IMG/VR virus record: IMGVR_UViG_3300000115_000005
Source of the DNA: a virus
Reading direction: 5' to 3' (one strand)
DNA length: 64,000 bases
The position numbers and the translations under genes are program-made. Positions 36,130 through 44,955 of this stretch are shown piece by piece. Numbering within the stretch: position 1 is the stretch's first letter; each line of letters starts with the position of its first letter. A model generated the notes under the pieces. That model was not told the origin of the DNA. It worked only from the letters and a program-made list of their open reading frames with translations, and did not search any database.

Positions 36130-36743
36130 TCAACTATCCAATGGCCTAATCTATCACCACAAGGACTATCATACCATATTGAGTCTTTGGGTTGGGGTAG
36201 TTGTTCATCTTTCCAAACTGGGTAGATAACTTTGCCATTATGATTTTCAAAGTCATCATTGTATCTAAAATGTACTTCAATTACTTTACCACCAATATAT
36301 TCTATATTAGTCCAATCTAGATTGTGCATACGGTGATAATTACAAACATCAGTACCCAATCTTTCAGGAAAAGGCATCTTTTTGTCTATTAGTTCCCATT
36401 TATCAAAGCGATCTAATCTGTCTTGCCTTGGATAACCTTTTGCTGTGGTTTTTTGTTGACCATAATGATAGTCAACTGTAATGTGTTCACCTTTAAATAC
36501 TTCACACCAAAAATATCCTGGTTCTATTTCATCTTCAGGTGAAAGGTTCTGTATTCTAGCACCTTTACCCATCATATGTATGTTTGTAATTGGTCTTACA
36601 ACATAATCATTTTTTTCTGGAACTGGAACACCAGCTGGGCCACAAAGATGTCCTAATTTTTTTGATAGTATGAGTTTATCATAAACCCATAATAAAGACC
36701 AAGGTAATTTAGTCCATACATCTTTATCATCTATGATGTTCAC
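36126..36743 (-). CDS. ATP-grasp-like phage protein
   Basis: VYDKL, VVRPITN..MGKG, WCEVFKGEHITVD, NIEYIG..IEVHFR. Confidence 0.55.
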   Translation of the reverse strand: MNIIDDKDVWTKLPWSLLWVYDKLILSKKLGHLCGPAGVPVPEKNDYVVRPITNIHMMGKGARIQNLSPEDEIEPGYFWCEVFKGEHITVDYHYGQQKTTAKGYPRQDRLDRFDKWELIDKKMPFPERLGTDVCNYHRMHNLDWTNIEYIGGKVIEVHFRYNDDFENHNGKVIYPVWKDEQLPQPKDSIWYDSPCGDRLGHWIVE

Positions 36744-37207
36744 TAAGCAATTAAGCCAAGCTTATAAACAGTCTTTCCATTTTCTTTCATGGCAGTCATT
36801 ACTTTTTTATCGTTACCATTTTCATTGTACGATACATGAACCCATCCAGAATCTGGAATACCTGGTGTATAAAACTCAAGTATTAATTGTTTAAAATCAC
36901 AATTAGATTCTATCCACTCCGCTAACTCAGCATTTGCAACTCCGTTAATTTCTATATCGGCTGCAAATCCTTTACAATGGTCTGATGTTCTAGAACCACC
37001 TATTGCTGAATTAAGCTCAGGGCTTCTATATCCTGAATTTACTCTTACTGCTTTACCATAATTCTCTCTTACTGGTTGTAAAACATTTTCACAAAGCAAT
37101 TTTAAATTTTCAATTTCTTCTTCACCTGGTTCATTATCAATATCTTTTCTTGTAGCTGTTTGACTTTTAATCATCTCTTTCAAAGAAAAATTATCTGATA
37201 GTTTCAT
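36743..37207 (-). CDS. peptidase M15A (endolysin-like)
   Basis: NSGYRS..LN..IGG..SDH..G.AAD, WVHVS. Confidence 0.9.
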   Translation of the reverse strand: MKLSDNFSLKEMIKSQTATRKDIDNEPGEEEIENLKLLCENVLQPVRENYGKAVRVNSGYRSPELNSAIGGSRTSDHCKGFAADIEINGVANAELAEWIESNCDFKQLILEFYTPGIPDSGWVHVSYNENGNDKKVMTAMKENGKTVYKLGLIA

Positions 37208-37215
37208 TGAAACTC

Positions 37216-38040
37216 CTATTCTAAAAAAATTAGAGGCACTTCCATTTTACTTAATGAGTTTGCGTGTATAAAAAAACCCAAAAATCTTTCGCCTATAAAA
37301 CCTGGATACCTCCAAGGAAAAGGTTCTGAAAATGTATCACCCGATTGTTTTGTGGGATAAACTTTAGAACAATTCTTGTATATATATTCAAGTATTTGAA
37401 ACAACTCTGAAGAGTATTTTAAGAAATATTCTTTTTTAAAAATATAAGTTGTTGTAAATGGTACCCGATTTTGTTCAAACCACAATAAACTTTCTTGATC
37501 ATAATTTAATTCTAAGATAGCCTTATGGAATAAATTCCAATATTCTACGGGTTGTGATTGTAAATATTGTTCACTCACGGAACAATTAAGATAAGTTGAT
37601 TTATTAGTGATTACATCAACACATGACATGAAGTGTAATATTGTTCTTCTTTCATCTTCTGTACCAAGGTCTAAAGCTCGATCTGCTGGTAAATTAAAAT
37701 CATTAAAATATGGAAATATTTTATATAAATTGCCATTGTAGACTGGTACATCTTGTTTGAAAGAAAGCATACGTCTATATGTGTTACAACCAATATTATC
37801 AACTTCGGGTTGTTCTTTTAATAACCAATATTCTGTTGCTTGTTGACCAAACGCTTTTAAAAAATCATCTTTTGAAACACCTTCAGCTTCGTAATATTTG
37901 TAAAAATCATCATAGATCCAGTCTATGAATATTGAATTTTTACCAATGTCTACCTTATCGACATGACATGGTTTAATCCAATCGGATTTTTCATTATAAG
38001 GAAAAGGTTTGTGGAAGTGTGGGTATATACAAATGCTCAT
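37216..38040 (-). CDS. DUF4422-like capsular/glycosyl biosynthesis protein
   Basis: EYWL, IGCNTYRR, YSSELFQIL, RYPGFIGERF; likely start MSICIY. Confidence 0.65.
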   Translation of the reverse strand: MSICIYPHFHKPFPYNEKSDWIKPCHVDKVDIGKNSIFIDWIYDDFYKYYEAEGVSKDDFLKAFGQQATEYWLLKEQPEVDNIGCNTYRRMLSFKQDVPVYNGNLYKIFPYFNDFNLPADRALDLGTEDERRTILHFMSCVDVITNKSTYLNCSVSEQYLQSQPVEYWNLFHKAILELNYDQESLLWFEQNRVPFTTTYIFKKEYFLKYSSELFQILEYIYKNCSKVYPTKQSGDTFSEPFPWRYPGFIGERFLGFFIHANSLSKMEVPLIFLE

Positions 38041-38088
38041 ATGTGGTTGTTCCAATTTTTTCACCGTGTCCCAAGGAGGCCACATTAA

Positions 38089-38247
38089 TTATTTACTTTT
38101 CTTTTTTTTAGTGTATTCTATTTTGGTATTATCTGCATCAATAATATTTTTTTTATAGTTGGATCTTTCCTCACCTTGCATCATAGATAAAAATATTTTA
38201 TCTTGTTTACTCATTTTATAATTGCGGTTAGGTTTCACGGACTGCAT
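38089..38247 (-). CDS. small hypothetical protein
   Basis: likely start MQSVKP with GGAG RBS after a terminator. Confidence 0.6.
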   Translation of the reverse strand: MQSVKPNRNYKMSKQDKIFLSMMQGEERSNYKKNIIDADNTKIEYTKKKKSK

Positions 38248-38261
38248 TATATATCTCCAAA

Positions 38262-38290
38262 TAAAAGGTGGGGGTACGAAACCCCCCACC
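38262..38290 (-). terminator. rho-independent terminator after hsp20
   Basis: GGTGGGGG..CCCCCACC stem followed by TTTTA. Confidence 0.75.
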
Positions 38291-38294
38291 GGCA

Positions 38295-38789
38295 CTAAGC
38301 TGCTTTAGATTCTTGTAAAAGTTCAGGTTTAAGTAAATTGAGACTATTACTAATTTCAACTTTTCTTGGTTTTTTATGATCTGGTATAACATTCTCTAAA
38401 CCAACTCTTAAAATACCATCCTTAAACTCAGCACCTTTTACTTCTAGAGTATCAGCTACAGATAGGGTTTTTGTGAATGAGCGTGTACCTATACCTTTGT
38501 GTAAATATGAAACACTCTCAACTTCTTTTTCAATCTTTTCACCTCTAATAACTAAAGAGTTATCCTCTACTGTTATTTCAACTTCTTCTTTACTAAAGCC
38601 AGCAATAGCTAATTCAACAATATAATTGTTTTCATTAACCATTAATATATTATGTGGCGGAAAAGTTGAAGATGTTTTATTATTTAAGATTCTTTCGACA
38701 TCCTTAAATACTCTTTCAAAACCTAAAGTAGAGTGAGCTAATAGAGCTCTTTCTAGACCTTTAAAATGACCGGTTGTAATATCTACCAT
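38295..38789 (-). CDS. small heat-shock protein Hsp20
   Basis: FPPHNI, ELAIAGF, YLHKGIGTRSF, AEFKDGIL. Confidence 0.95.
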   Translation of the reverse strand: MVDITTGHFKGLERALLAHSTLGFERVFKDVERILNNKTSSTFPPHNILMVNENNYIVELAIAGFSKEEVEITVEDNSLVIRGEKIEKEVESVSYLHKGIGTRSFTKTLSVADTLEVKGAEFKDGILRVGLENVIPDHKKPRKVEISNSLNLLKPELLQESKAA

Positions 38790-38852
38790 TTTTAATTCTC
38801 CTTAAAATAAGCAAGTTAAACAATTGTGACCCTTTTTAGGCATCACTAATAT

Positions 38853-39263
38853 TTAGTTACTAAGTTCTTCTGGTTTTTTACCAATGTTGTACTTAGCGAC
38901 TAAATTCCATTCATCCTTCTCCTTGAAGGATATAATCTTTATCTGGTGTAATGGAGCAACATTATTACCAATATTTTCCTGATTTAATATTGTTAGTAAA
39001 CCCCATTCTTCTAATAATTTTGCAATAGCATTTCTTCTCTGTATATCATTTTCAGATATATTAGATGGCTTACCATCTAATGCAAATAGTTCTTTGAAAT
39101 GTACAATATAATACTTACCTTGTTTATGTAATATATGACAAGATTGGTAGAGGACTTTTTCTTTTCTTGATGAAACACCTATTCTTGTTAAGGTTTCACG
39201 GACTTTTAAAAAGTCATCCTGTTCTTCTAATGTAACTTCTATGAAGTTGTTTAAGTCTACCAT
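38853..39263 (-). CDS. regA: translational repressor RegA
   Basis: DDFLKVRETLTRIGV, LYQSCHILHKQG, VHFKELFALDG. Confidence 0.97.
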   Translation of the reverse strand: MVDLNNFIEVTLEEQDDFLKVRETLTRIGVSSRKEKVLYQSCHILHKQGKYYIVHFKELFALDGKPSNISENDIQRRNAIAKLLEEWGLLTILNQENIGNNVAPLHQIKIISFKEKDEWNLVAKYNIGKKPEELSN

Positions 39264-39264
39264 T

Positions 39265-39660
39265 TTATTTCTTTCTACCACCTATATCGGTAATCTCTTG
39301 CAGTTTTTGAATTTGATCTTTGGAAAGTATTCGAGAGGCTTCTAAAGCTTTTGTGTCTGAGAAGTTATAATATCTCTTTATACATTCTAAATTTTCACTC
39401 TTTGATCCAGGTTTTAACCATTTTGAAAAAGGTCTCCTCATGGATCTAACTGTATTTAGTAAAAAGTCATTCTGCATTTTATTGTCTAAAAAATGTCTTT
39501 GGTTCATTTCATTTGCGAAAATAATACAATCTTTGTGATAACTTAGAGAACGATTGGTTAAAAATGGCTTATATTCTTTCTCTGTTATATCATCAACAAT
39601 CAATTGCTTTTTACCTTGCAATATTTGTTTTACAAATTCAAATGGGCTTGTTTTAATCAT
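39265..39660 (-). CDS. 62: clamp loader small subunit gp62
   Basis: YKPFLTNRSLS, ANEMN, RRPFSKW; synteny 45-44-62-regA. Confidence 0.92.
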   Translation of the reverse strand: MIKTSPFEFVKQILQGKKQLIVDDITEKEYKPFLTNRSLSYHKDCIIFANEMNQRHFLDNKMQNDFLLNTVRSMRRPFSKWLKPGSKSENLECIKRYYNFSDTKALEASRILSKDQIQKLQEITDIGGRKK

Positions 39661-40255
39661 GTGTCGTATACCAACCTGTTATTATATATTTTTCATGTTC
39701 TTTTGTTATTTGACCTGAGTGTACATGAGTAAAATAAGCAGGCCATATTACAGTCAAACCTTTAATGGCAGGTGTTGTAAATTTTTGATACTTGAAATTT
39801 GTACCACCATCAGGAACATCATTTAAGTATGTCATAAAGACCAATACTCTATTTCCATCTGGCTTCCTATGGTCATTCTCAAAATGATCTAAGAAATATC
39901 CTTCACCAGGTTTATAATATTGTAATACATAATCACAAAATATATTAAACTCTTTTACATTATTTACCATTGGATATTTTTTAATATATTCCATCAAACA
40001 TTTTTGTAACCATATTCTATAATCACTTATACATGAATCAATGTTTTTAGGGTGTATTACAATATCTGTTCTTTTTGTTCTTAATGCTTTTTTGGTTAAA
40101 GGAGTAAAACCATCTGAATCATATTCATTGTACCTTAAAGTAGATTCATGTTTTTGTGAATTATTTTTAAAATACTGTACAAGATTATCACAAATATTTT
40201 CTGGTATATAACAGCCGCCAATCAAAGATTCTAATGGAAAGTAATGTTTCTTCAT
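39653..40255 (-). CDS. 2OG-Fe(II) oxygenase
   Basis: QYYKPGEG..HFE, RVLVFMTYLNDVPDGGT, WPAYFTHVH, KYIITGW. Confidence 0.9.
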   Translation of the reverse strand: MKKHYFPLESLIGGCYIPENICDNLVQYFKNNSQKHESTLRYNEYDSDGFTPLTKKALRTKRTDIVIHPKNIDSCISDYRIWLQKCLMEYIKKYPMVNNVKEFNIFCDYVLQYYKPGEGYFLDHFENDHRKPDGNRVLVFMTYLNDVPDGGTNFKYQKFTTPAIKGLTVIWPAYFTHVHSGQITKEHEKYIITGWYTTHD

Positions 40256-41184
40256 TTGAAATCACACTCTACCATTAGCTCAGTTAAACAAGCAACTGTA
40301 TTAATCTCTTGATCAGATACAAATGCAGCTTTATATTGATAATCTGCAAGTATTAAAACTGCCTTTGGTATCGAATGAGGTTTAAGTTTTTCATATAGCA
40401 CATCATAGAGTTTACGAAACAATGCATTTGAGTCAATATCGTTTGTAGCGACCCACTTTCTAATCTCTTTAAAGTTTTTTTCTTCTATGAATCCTACGAT
40501 CTTTTCTATCGGTACATCACCAATTTGCGATAAAATACCAATATCAATCTTACCAAAGTTTGAATATCTTTGTAGCTCATTAATCACTCTACGAAAATCT
40601 GGAAAGTGTTTCTTAATAAGTTCTGCAACAACCTTTTGATCGTACTCAACACCTTCATTATCAAGAACACCAACAATTCTTTTCATGAACTGTGAAGCCA
40701 TTTGGACTTTCTCACCATTGCGTAAGGTAAAGTCAACAACGGCACACCTAGAGTGTAGTGGTTCTATGATACGATTCTTATAGTTACAAGTAAATATGAA
40801 TGAACAATTACTTGCAAACTCTTCTATTGCGTTTCTAAGAGCGGGTTGAGTTGAGTTTGGATTAAGATAGTCTGCTTCATCTATAATGATGACCTTGCGA
40901 CCACCAGCTAAACTAACTGAAGAAGCATAGTTCTTTATCTTAACTCGAAAGGTGTCGATACCTGATTCATCAGAACCATTGATTATGATTGAATCACAAC
41001 CAATCTCTTGACACATAGCTTTTGCTACTGTGGTTTTACCAACACCTGCACCACCACTTAATAATAAGTTTGGTATGTTGGATGTATTTACATACTCCTG
41101 AAAAGGTTTTTTAACTCTATCTGGTAATATGCAATCCTTTATGGCCTGCGGCCGATACTTCTCTGTCCATAATAAATGTTCCAT
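40252..41184 (-). CDS. 44: clamp loader large subunit gp44
   Basis: LWTEKYRP, GGAGVGKTT, IIDEAD, LHSRC, FPDFRR. Confidence 0.97.
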   Translation of the reverse strand: MEHLLWTEKYRPQAIKDCILPDRVKKPFQEYVNTSNIPNLLLSGGAGVGKTTVAKAMCQEIGCDSIIINGSDESGIDTFRVKIKNYASSVSLAGGRKVIIIDEADYLNPNSTQPALRNAIEEFASNCSFIFTCNYKNRIIEPLHSRCAVVDFTLRNGEKVQMASQFMKRIVGVLDNEGVEYDQKVVAELIKKHFPDFRRVINELQRYSNFGKIDIGILSQIGDVPIEKIVGFIEEKNFKEIRKWVATNDIDSNALFRKLYDVLYEKLKPHSIPKAVLILADYQYKAAFVSDQEINTVACLTELMVECDFK

Positions 41185-41211
41185 TGGAACTCCTCACATA
41201 ATAAATCATAA

Positions 41212-41508
41212 TCAAAGTTTTTTCAAATCGTCTATTTTTTTAGAATCTTTAATAGCTCGATTGAAATGTGTATTCATACCATCTTGGATAGTTTCGTTAT
41301 CATTCAACCTTTTAATAACTTCACTTAGAGTATTTTCAACATCCCAAGATCCTTCATTTCCACAATATAATGTGGTTACTGTTTTCAATTCATTATCATC
41401 AGATGTTTTCAACTGTTCAAAAATAGTATACACCTTATCAGCATTGACGTAAATAACATCAGTAACATTACCTTTAAAAGCGTTTTTAAGTTTGATCAAT
41501 TTAGCCAT
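41212..41508 (-). CDS. hypothetical protein
   Basis: likely start MAKLIKL overlapping the gp45 end. Confidence 0.65.
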   Translation of the reverse strand: MAKLIKLKNAFKGNVTDVIYVNADKVYTIFEQLKTSDDNELKTVTTLYCGNEGSWDVENTLSEVIKRLNDNETIQDGMNTHFNRAIKDSKKIDDLKKL

Positions 41509-42193
41509 CATCATTAGCCTCAAAATTACTACCAGTTTCAGTCGAGATCCAATATTGTAGTGTTGTATCTTTGTTTTTAAAATGAGAAACACCTTTAGAT
41601 GATATACTCACTTCATAGTTACCAGGTAAAATTTTACTTATGTTTTCTGTTTTGAAAACCATTTTATACTTGTTACCATTACCCTTATCAATCTGTAAGG
41701 CATCTGTATGAGCACTATCATCTTGACCATTGAATGATACAACATCAACTGTAACACCATCGGATTGAATTGCAATATGCGGAGAACTTAAAGCTGAACT
41801 TGACTTTAAAATCCAATCAAAATCTTCACTTGAAAGTAAACATTTTATTTCCGCAGCTGGCATTACAAAGTTTTTCTCAGGAGGTAATACGATCATTGTT
41901 GGGTCACAAAAACGATACTTAATTCTAGATCGACCTTTCTTACCTACAACAACAACGTGTTTGGCATCAAACTCGAATGATGGATTATCTTTATCTAAAG
42001 AAACTACCGAAAGAAAGTTATTCAAATCGTAGACACCAAAATCTGCTGGAATATCCTCTTCAATTGTAGCCTCAGCTAAAATATTTTTGTGAGAGGATAC
42101 TGTCTTTAAAGTTTTACCTTTCTTAAAGAAAATACCTTGATTAATATTTGCATAATTTTTTAATACGTTTAACGTCTTAGAGCTCATCTTCAT
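41501..42193 (-). CDS. 45: sliding clamp gp45
   Basis: TLNVLKNYANIN, FGVYDLNNFL; synteny. Confidence 0.95.
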   Translation of the reverse strand: MKMSSKTLNVLKNYANINQGIFFKKGKTLKTVSSHKNILAEATIEEDIPADFGVYDLNNFLSVVSLDKDNPSFEFDAKHVVVVGKKGRSRIKYRFCDPTMIVLPPEKNFVMPAAEIKCLLSSEDFDWILKSSSALSSPHIAIQSDGVTVDVVSFNGQDDSAHTDALQIDKGNGNKYKMVFKTENISKILPGNYEVSISSKGVSHFKNKDTTLQYWISTETGSNFEANDDG

Positions 42194-42471
42194 TTATTAT
42201 CACCTCGTTTTATATCATGATTATGTAATGCTATTATTCCATAGTGTAACACTTTTAAAAGGTCTTTTCGGCAATAGCCATCTTTTTTGCCGTACCTTTG
42301 TGCATATTTCATAATGTTACCAATACAGAATCCTTCACCATGGCCACTATCAATAATAAATTCAGTCGCCTGAAACTTATCTTTTGAATAGTGTTGCCCA
42401 TATGTTTGATCTATGTATAAATGTAATTCATTGATCAGTTCATCTTCATTATATTTGTAATCTATTGTCAT
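42190..42471 (-). CDS. DUF3310-like protein (T7 gp1.7-type nucleotide kinase family)
   Basis: HYS..GFCIGNIMKYAQRYGKK..DLLKVLHY. Confidence 0.8.
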   Translation of the reverse strand: MTIDYKYNEDELINELHLYIDQTYGQHYSKDKFQATEFIIDSGHGEGFCIGNIMKYAQRYGKKDGYCRKDLLKVLHYGIIALHNHDIKRGDNK

Positions 42472-43283
42472 AGTTTACCAGTAAATTGTGCAACAGCTGG
42501 CATATTACCAGAGAAAGCATATGTACCAATGTGTTGTGTTTTCATCCATGGGCATAAGTAAATTTGTCCACCCATTTTACGCCACATTTGGCAAAACATA
42601 TAATCTTCACTTAAATACCTATCTGAACCACCATCAGTAATGCTACCTTTACTATCAATAACGGTGTCGAAATAAGCGTGAATATATCTAGAACCATCAA
42701 AATGTTGTTGGCCAACATGATCTGGTTTGTAATGTATTTGTGGGTAGTGATCCTTCATTTTGTCAAATACTTGACGTTGAACTAACATAAAACCAGTACC
42801 AATTTCCATAACTTCTAATGGTTCGGTAACTTGGAATTGATCTGTTCCTTTTACTACATTGAACACATATTCCCCAACTAAAGATTCTAGTTCACCCGGA
42901 TCTAAGTCTGGATGATTTCTGGCTGCGTGAGCCACATTTCCCCAATTGATTGATTTTTTCGGATATGGACCACCCGAAACTTCTTTATTCATTGCCAATA
43001 AGGCTAATATATCTTGTGGATTGTAATGTATGTCCGAATCAATGAATAATAGATGAGTAAAACCCGATCTTAAAAATTCATCAACCAAATAATTTCTTGC
43101 TCTTGTAATTAATGATTCATTAAAAAGAAATGAAAACTTTGTTTCTACTCCATACTTGCTCATTTGTGCTTGAAGGTCTAAACATGATTTAATATAAAGG
43201 CCATGTGCCATACCACCATACATAGGTGTTGCAATAAACAATTTATGTTGTTTTAAATCATCAACTTTAACTTGAATTTCCAT
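42468..43283 (-). CDS. GT-A fold glycosyltransferase-like protein
   Basis: IATPMYGG, NESLITRARN, FIDSDI (DxD), GTGFML, LSEDYMFC. Confidence 0.75.
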   Translation of the reverse strand: MEIQVKVDDLKQHKLFIATPMYGGMAHGLYIKSCLDLQAQMSKYGVETKFSFLFNESLITRARNYLVDEFLRSGFTHLLFIDSDIHYNPQDILALLAMNKEVSGGPYPKKSINWGNVAHAARNHPDLDPGELESLVGEYVFNVVKGTDQFQVTEPLEVMEIGTGFMLVQRQVFDKMKDHYPQIHYKPDHVGQQHFDGSRYIHAYFDTVIDSKGSITDGGSDRYLSEDYMFCQMWRKMGGQIYLCPWMKTQHIGTYAFSGNMPAVAQFTGKL

Positions 43284-43294
43284 AATGTTCCCAT

Positions 43295-43345
43295 AAAAAA
43301 ATGACTAAGACTAATACGCTCTACCTATATGTATTAGTCTTAGCC
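43295..43345 (-). terminator. 15-bp stem-loop with U tract
   Basis: GGCTAAGACTAATAC/GTATTAGTCTTAGTC then ATTTTTTT. Confidence 0.7.
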
Positions 43346-43363
43346 GACAATCATAAGCTTTTT

Positions 43364-43636
43364 TTAGGCAAAAGCATTAATGCCTTGTGATCGTAGTGCC
43401 ATAATACCAGCAGATACAATCTCTTTAGTTGGTTTACCCAACCGATAGAAACTCACCTTTGAACCATTAGAAACTTTCTTTGAGTTCCTGTAAATTGCGT
43501 GTCCTTTTTTTCTCAAGGTATCAATCATGGCAGATGGATTCTTAACACCAAATTTAGAACGCATTTGATTAGCGGTGAGCGTATTGTACCCATCAACTTT
43601 AGAAAGATACGTTATGATTTTGCTCTCACTTGACAT
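43364..43636 (-). CDS. winged-HTH DNA-binding protein
   Basis: LTANQMRSKFGVKNPSAMIDTLRKKGH..YRLG; likely start MSSESK. Confidence 0.75.
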   Translation of the reverse strand: MSSESKIITYLSKVDGYNTLTANQMRSKFGVKNPSAMIDTLRKKGHAIYRNSKKVSNGSKVSFYRLGKPTKEIVSAGIMALRSQGINAFA

Positions 43637-43705
43637 AAACAACTCCAAAATAAAATTGAACGGTACATTTCAGGAGGACCGTTCTCACTCCTTTAGGGGC
43701 GGTGG

Positions 43706-44863
43706 TTATGATACACTCTCATCAGGTAGGGGAGTTTTGGGAGTTTCTTCACCTGTAAGTAGTGAGTCAGCATCAGCACCAGAATCTACTTTGGTATACA
43801 AGTCTAAGAATGTAGCCTTAGTGTCCTCGTCAAAACGAGCAATACACTTAGCAATACTCTTTAACTTATCGGAGAATATACCAAAAGTTCTGGATATGTG
43901 AACTAATCGTCTAGTCGATATGACTTCATCACAACCACCTTGTTCAAATGTTTTACGGATAACTTCAGCCCAAAGCACAAGCTTCTCAGCAAAGTCATCA
44001 TCTTGACCATCTAATTCTTTTTTGAGAATGTTAATCTCAATCTTTCTTGAAGGCCAATCTTGCTCTTCAGTTGTAGGGAATCTCTCAAGAAATGCCTCAT
44101 TAAGCACGTTAGTGTACATATAACGACCATCATCTGAGCCCTTGCCTTTTGTATTAGCAGTAGCAAAGATTGTAAAGCCTTCAGCAGGTTCTACAATTTC
44201 ACCTTTCTTTTTAAGAAGAAATGGCTTGCCTTCTAAAACACGTTGCAACGAAGCAAGATTATTCGCACCATAATCTATTTCATCTATACATAATACAGCA
44301 CCCTGCTTCGCCGCCACCGTGACTGGACCATCTCGCCATTCCATTTGACCATTGATCAATACATAATTACCAAGTAAATCGCCTTCATCAGTTTCAGGTG
44401 TCATTGATACGCAAACATACTTGCGTTTGTTTCTCGCACAAGCTTGTTCAACTGACATTGTTTTACCATTACCAGATTGACCTGTGATAAAACATGGAAA
44501 AAACTTTTTGGATTTAATAATACTTTCAACATCTTTATAGATGCCAAAAGGAACATAGTTTGAATATTTTTCAGGTATCAAACTATTAACTTCTAAAGAA
44601 GTGACAACAGAGCTAATTACATTTGCCTCTGCTGTTGGTGTTTTTCTGATTGTTGTTTTTGCTGTAGGTAACTTTACTACCTTAGCAACATATTCTGAAA
44701 CGTCATAGACGCCACGGCCTATTCTTAGGTCTTTTTGGTTTGTAAACCAGTATGGATGAGCAATACCTGTATCAGATACAATATTTTTAATATCATCTGT
44801 GGTAACACTCTCTTTACCTAACTTTACAACCGCATCAATAAACTTTTGTCTAACTTTACTCAT
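43706..44863 (-). CDS. MoxR/CobS-like AAA+ ATPase
   Basis: GQSGNGKT, CIDEID, TANTKGKG, NEAFLERF, STRRL. Confidence 0.92.
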   Translation of the reverse strand: MSKVRQKFIDAVVKLGKESVTTDDIKNIVSDTGIAHPYWFTNQKDLRIGRGVYDVSEYVAKVVKLPTAKTTIRKTPTAEANVISSVVTSLEVNSLIPEKYSNYVPFGIYKDVESIIKSKKFFPCFITGQSGNGKTMSVEQACARNKRKYVCVSMTPETDEGDLLGNYVLINGQMEWRDGPVTVAAKQGAVLCIDEIDYGANNLASLQRVLEGKPFLLKKKGEIVEPAEGFTIFATANTKGKGSDDGRYMYTNVLNEAFLERFPTTEEQDWPSRKIEINILKKELDGQDDDFAEKLVLWAEVIRKTFEQGGCDEVISTRRLVHISRTFGIFSDKLKSIAKCIARFDEDTKATFLDLYTKVDSGADADSLLTGEETPKTPLPDESVS

Positions 44864-44902
44864 AATATAAAAACTCCCACGTTTTTGTTAATCTATGGTA
44901 CC

Positions 44903-44955
44903 ATCCTATCAGCACCAACCCCATTTGTCAAGCGATAATGTTGCATTTTTACAAC
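44903..44955 (-). promoter_or_regulatory. early sigma70-type promoter with upstream palindrome
   Basis: GTTG-N8-CAAC, then TTGACA-17 nt-TAGGAT. Confidence 0.8.

Noticed and set aside
38040-38088. Possible riboswitch (preQ1-like) upstream of the DUF4422-like gene
   Set aside because: A TGTGG/CCACA pairing and an A-tract exist, but the conserved preQ1 loop nucleotides are not recognisable
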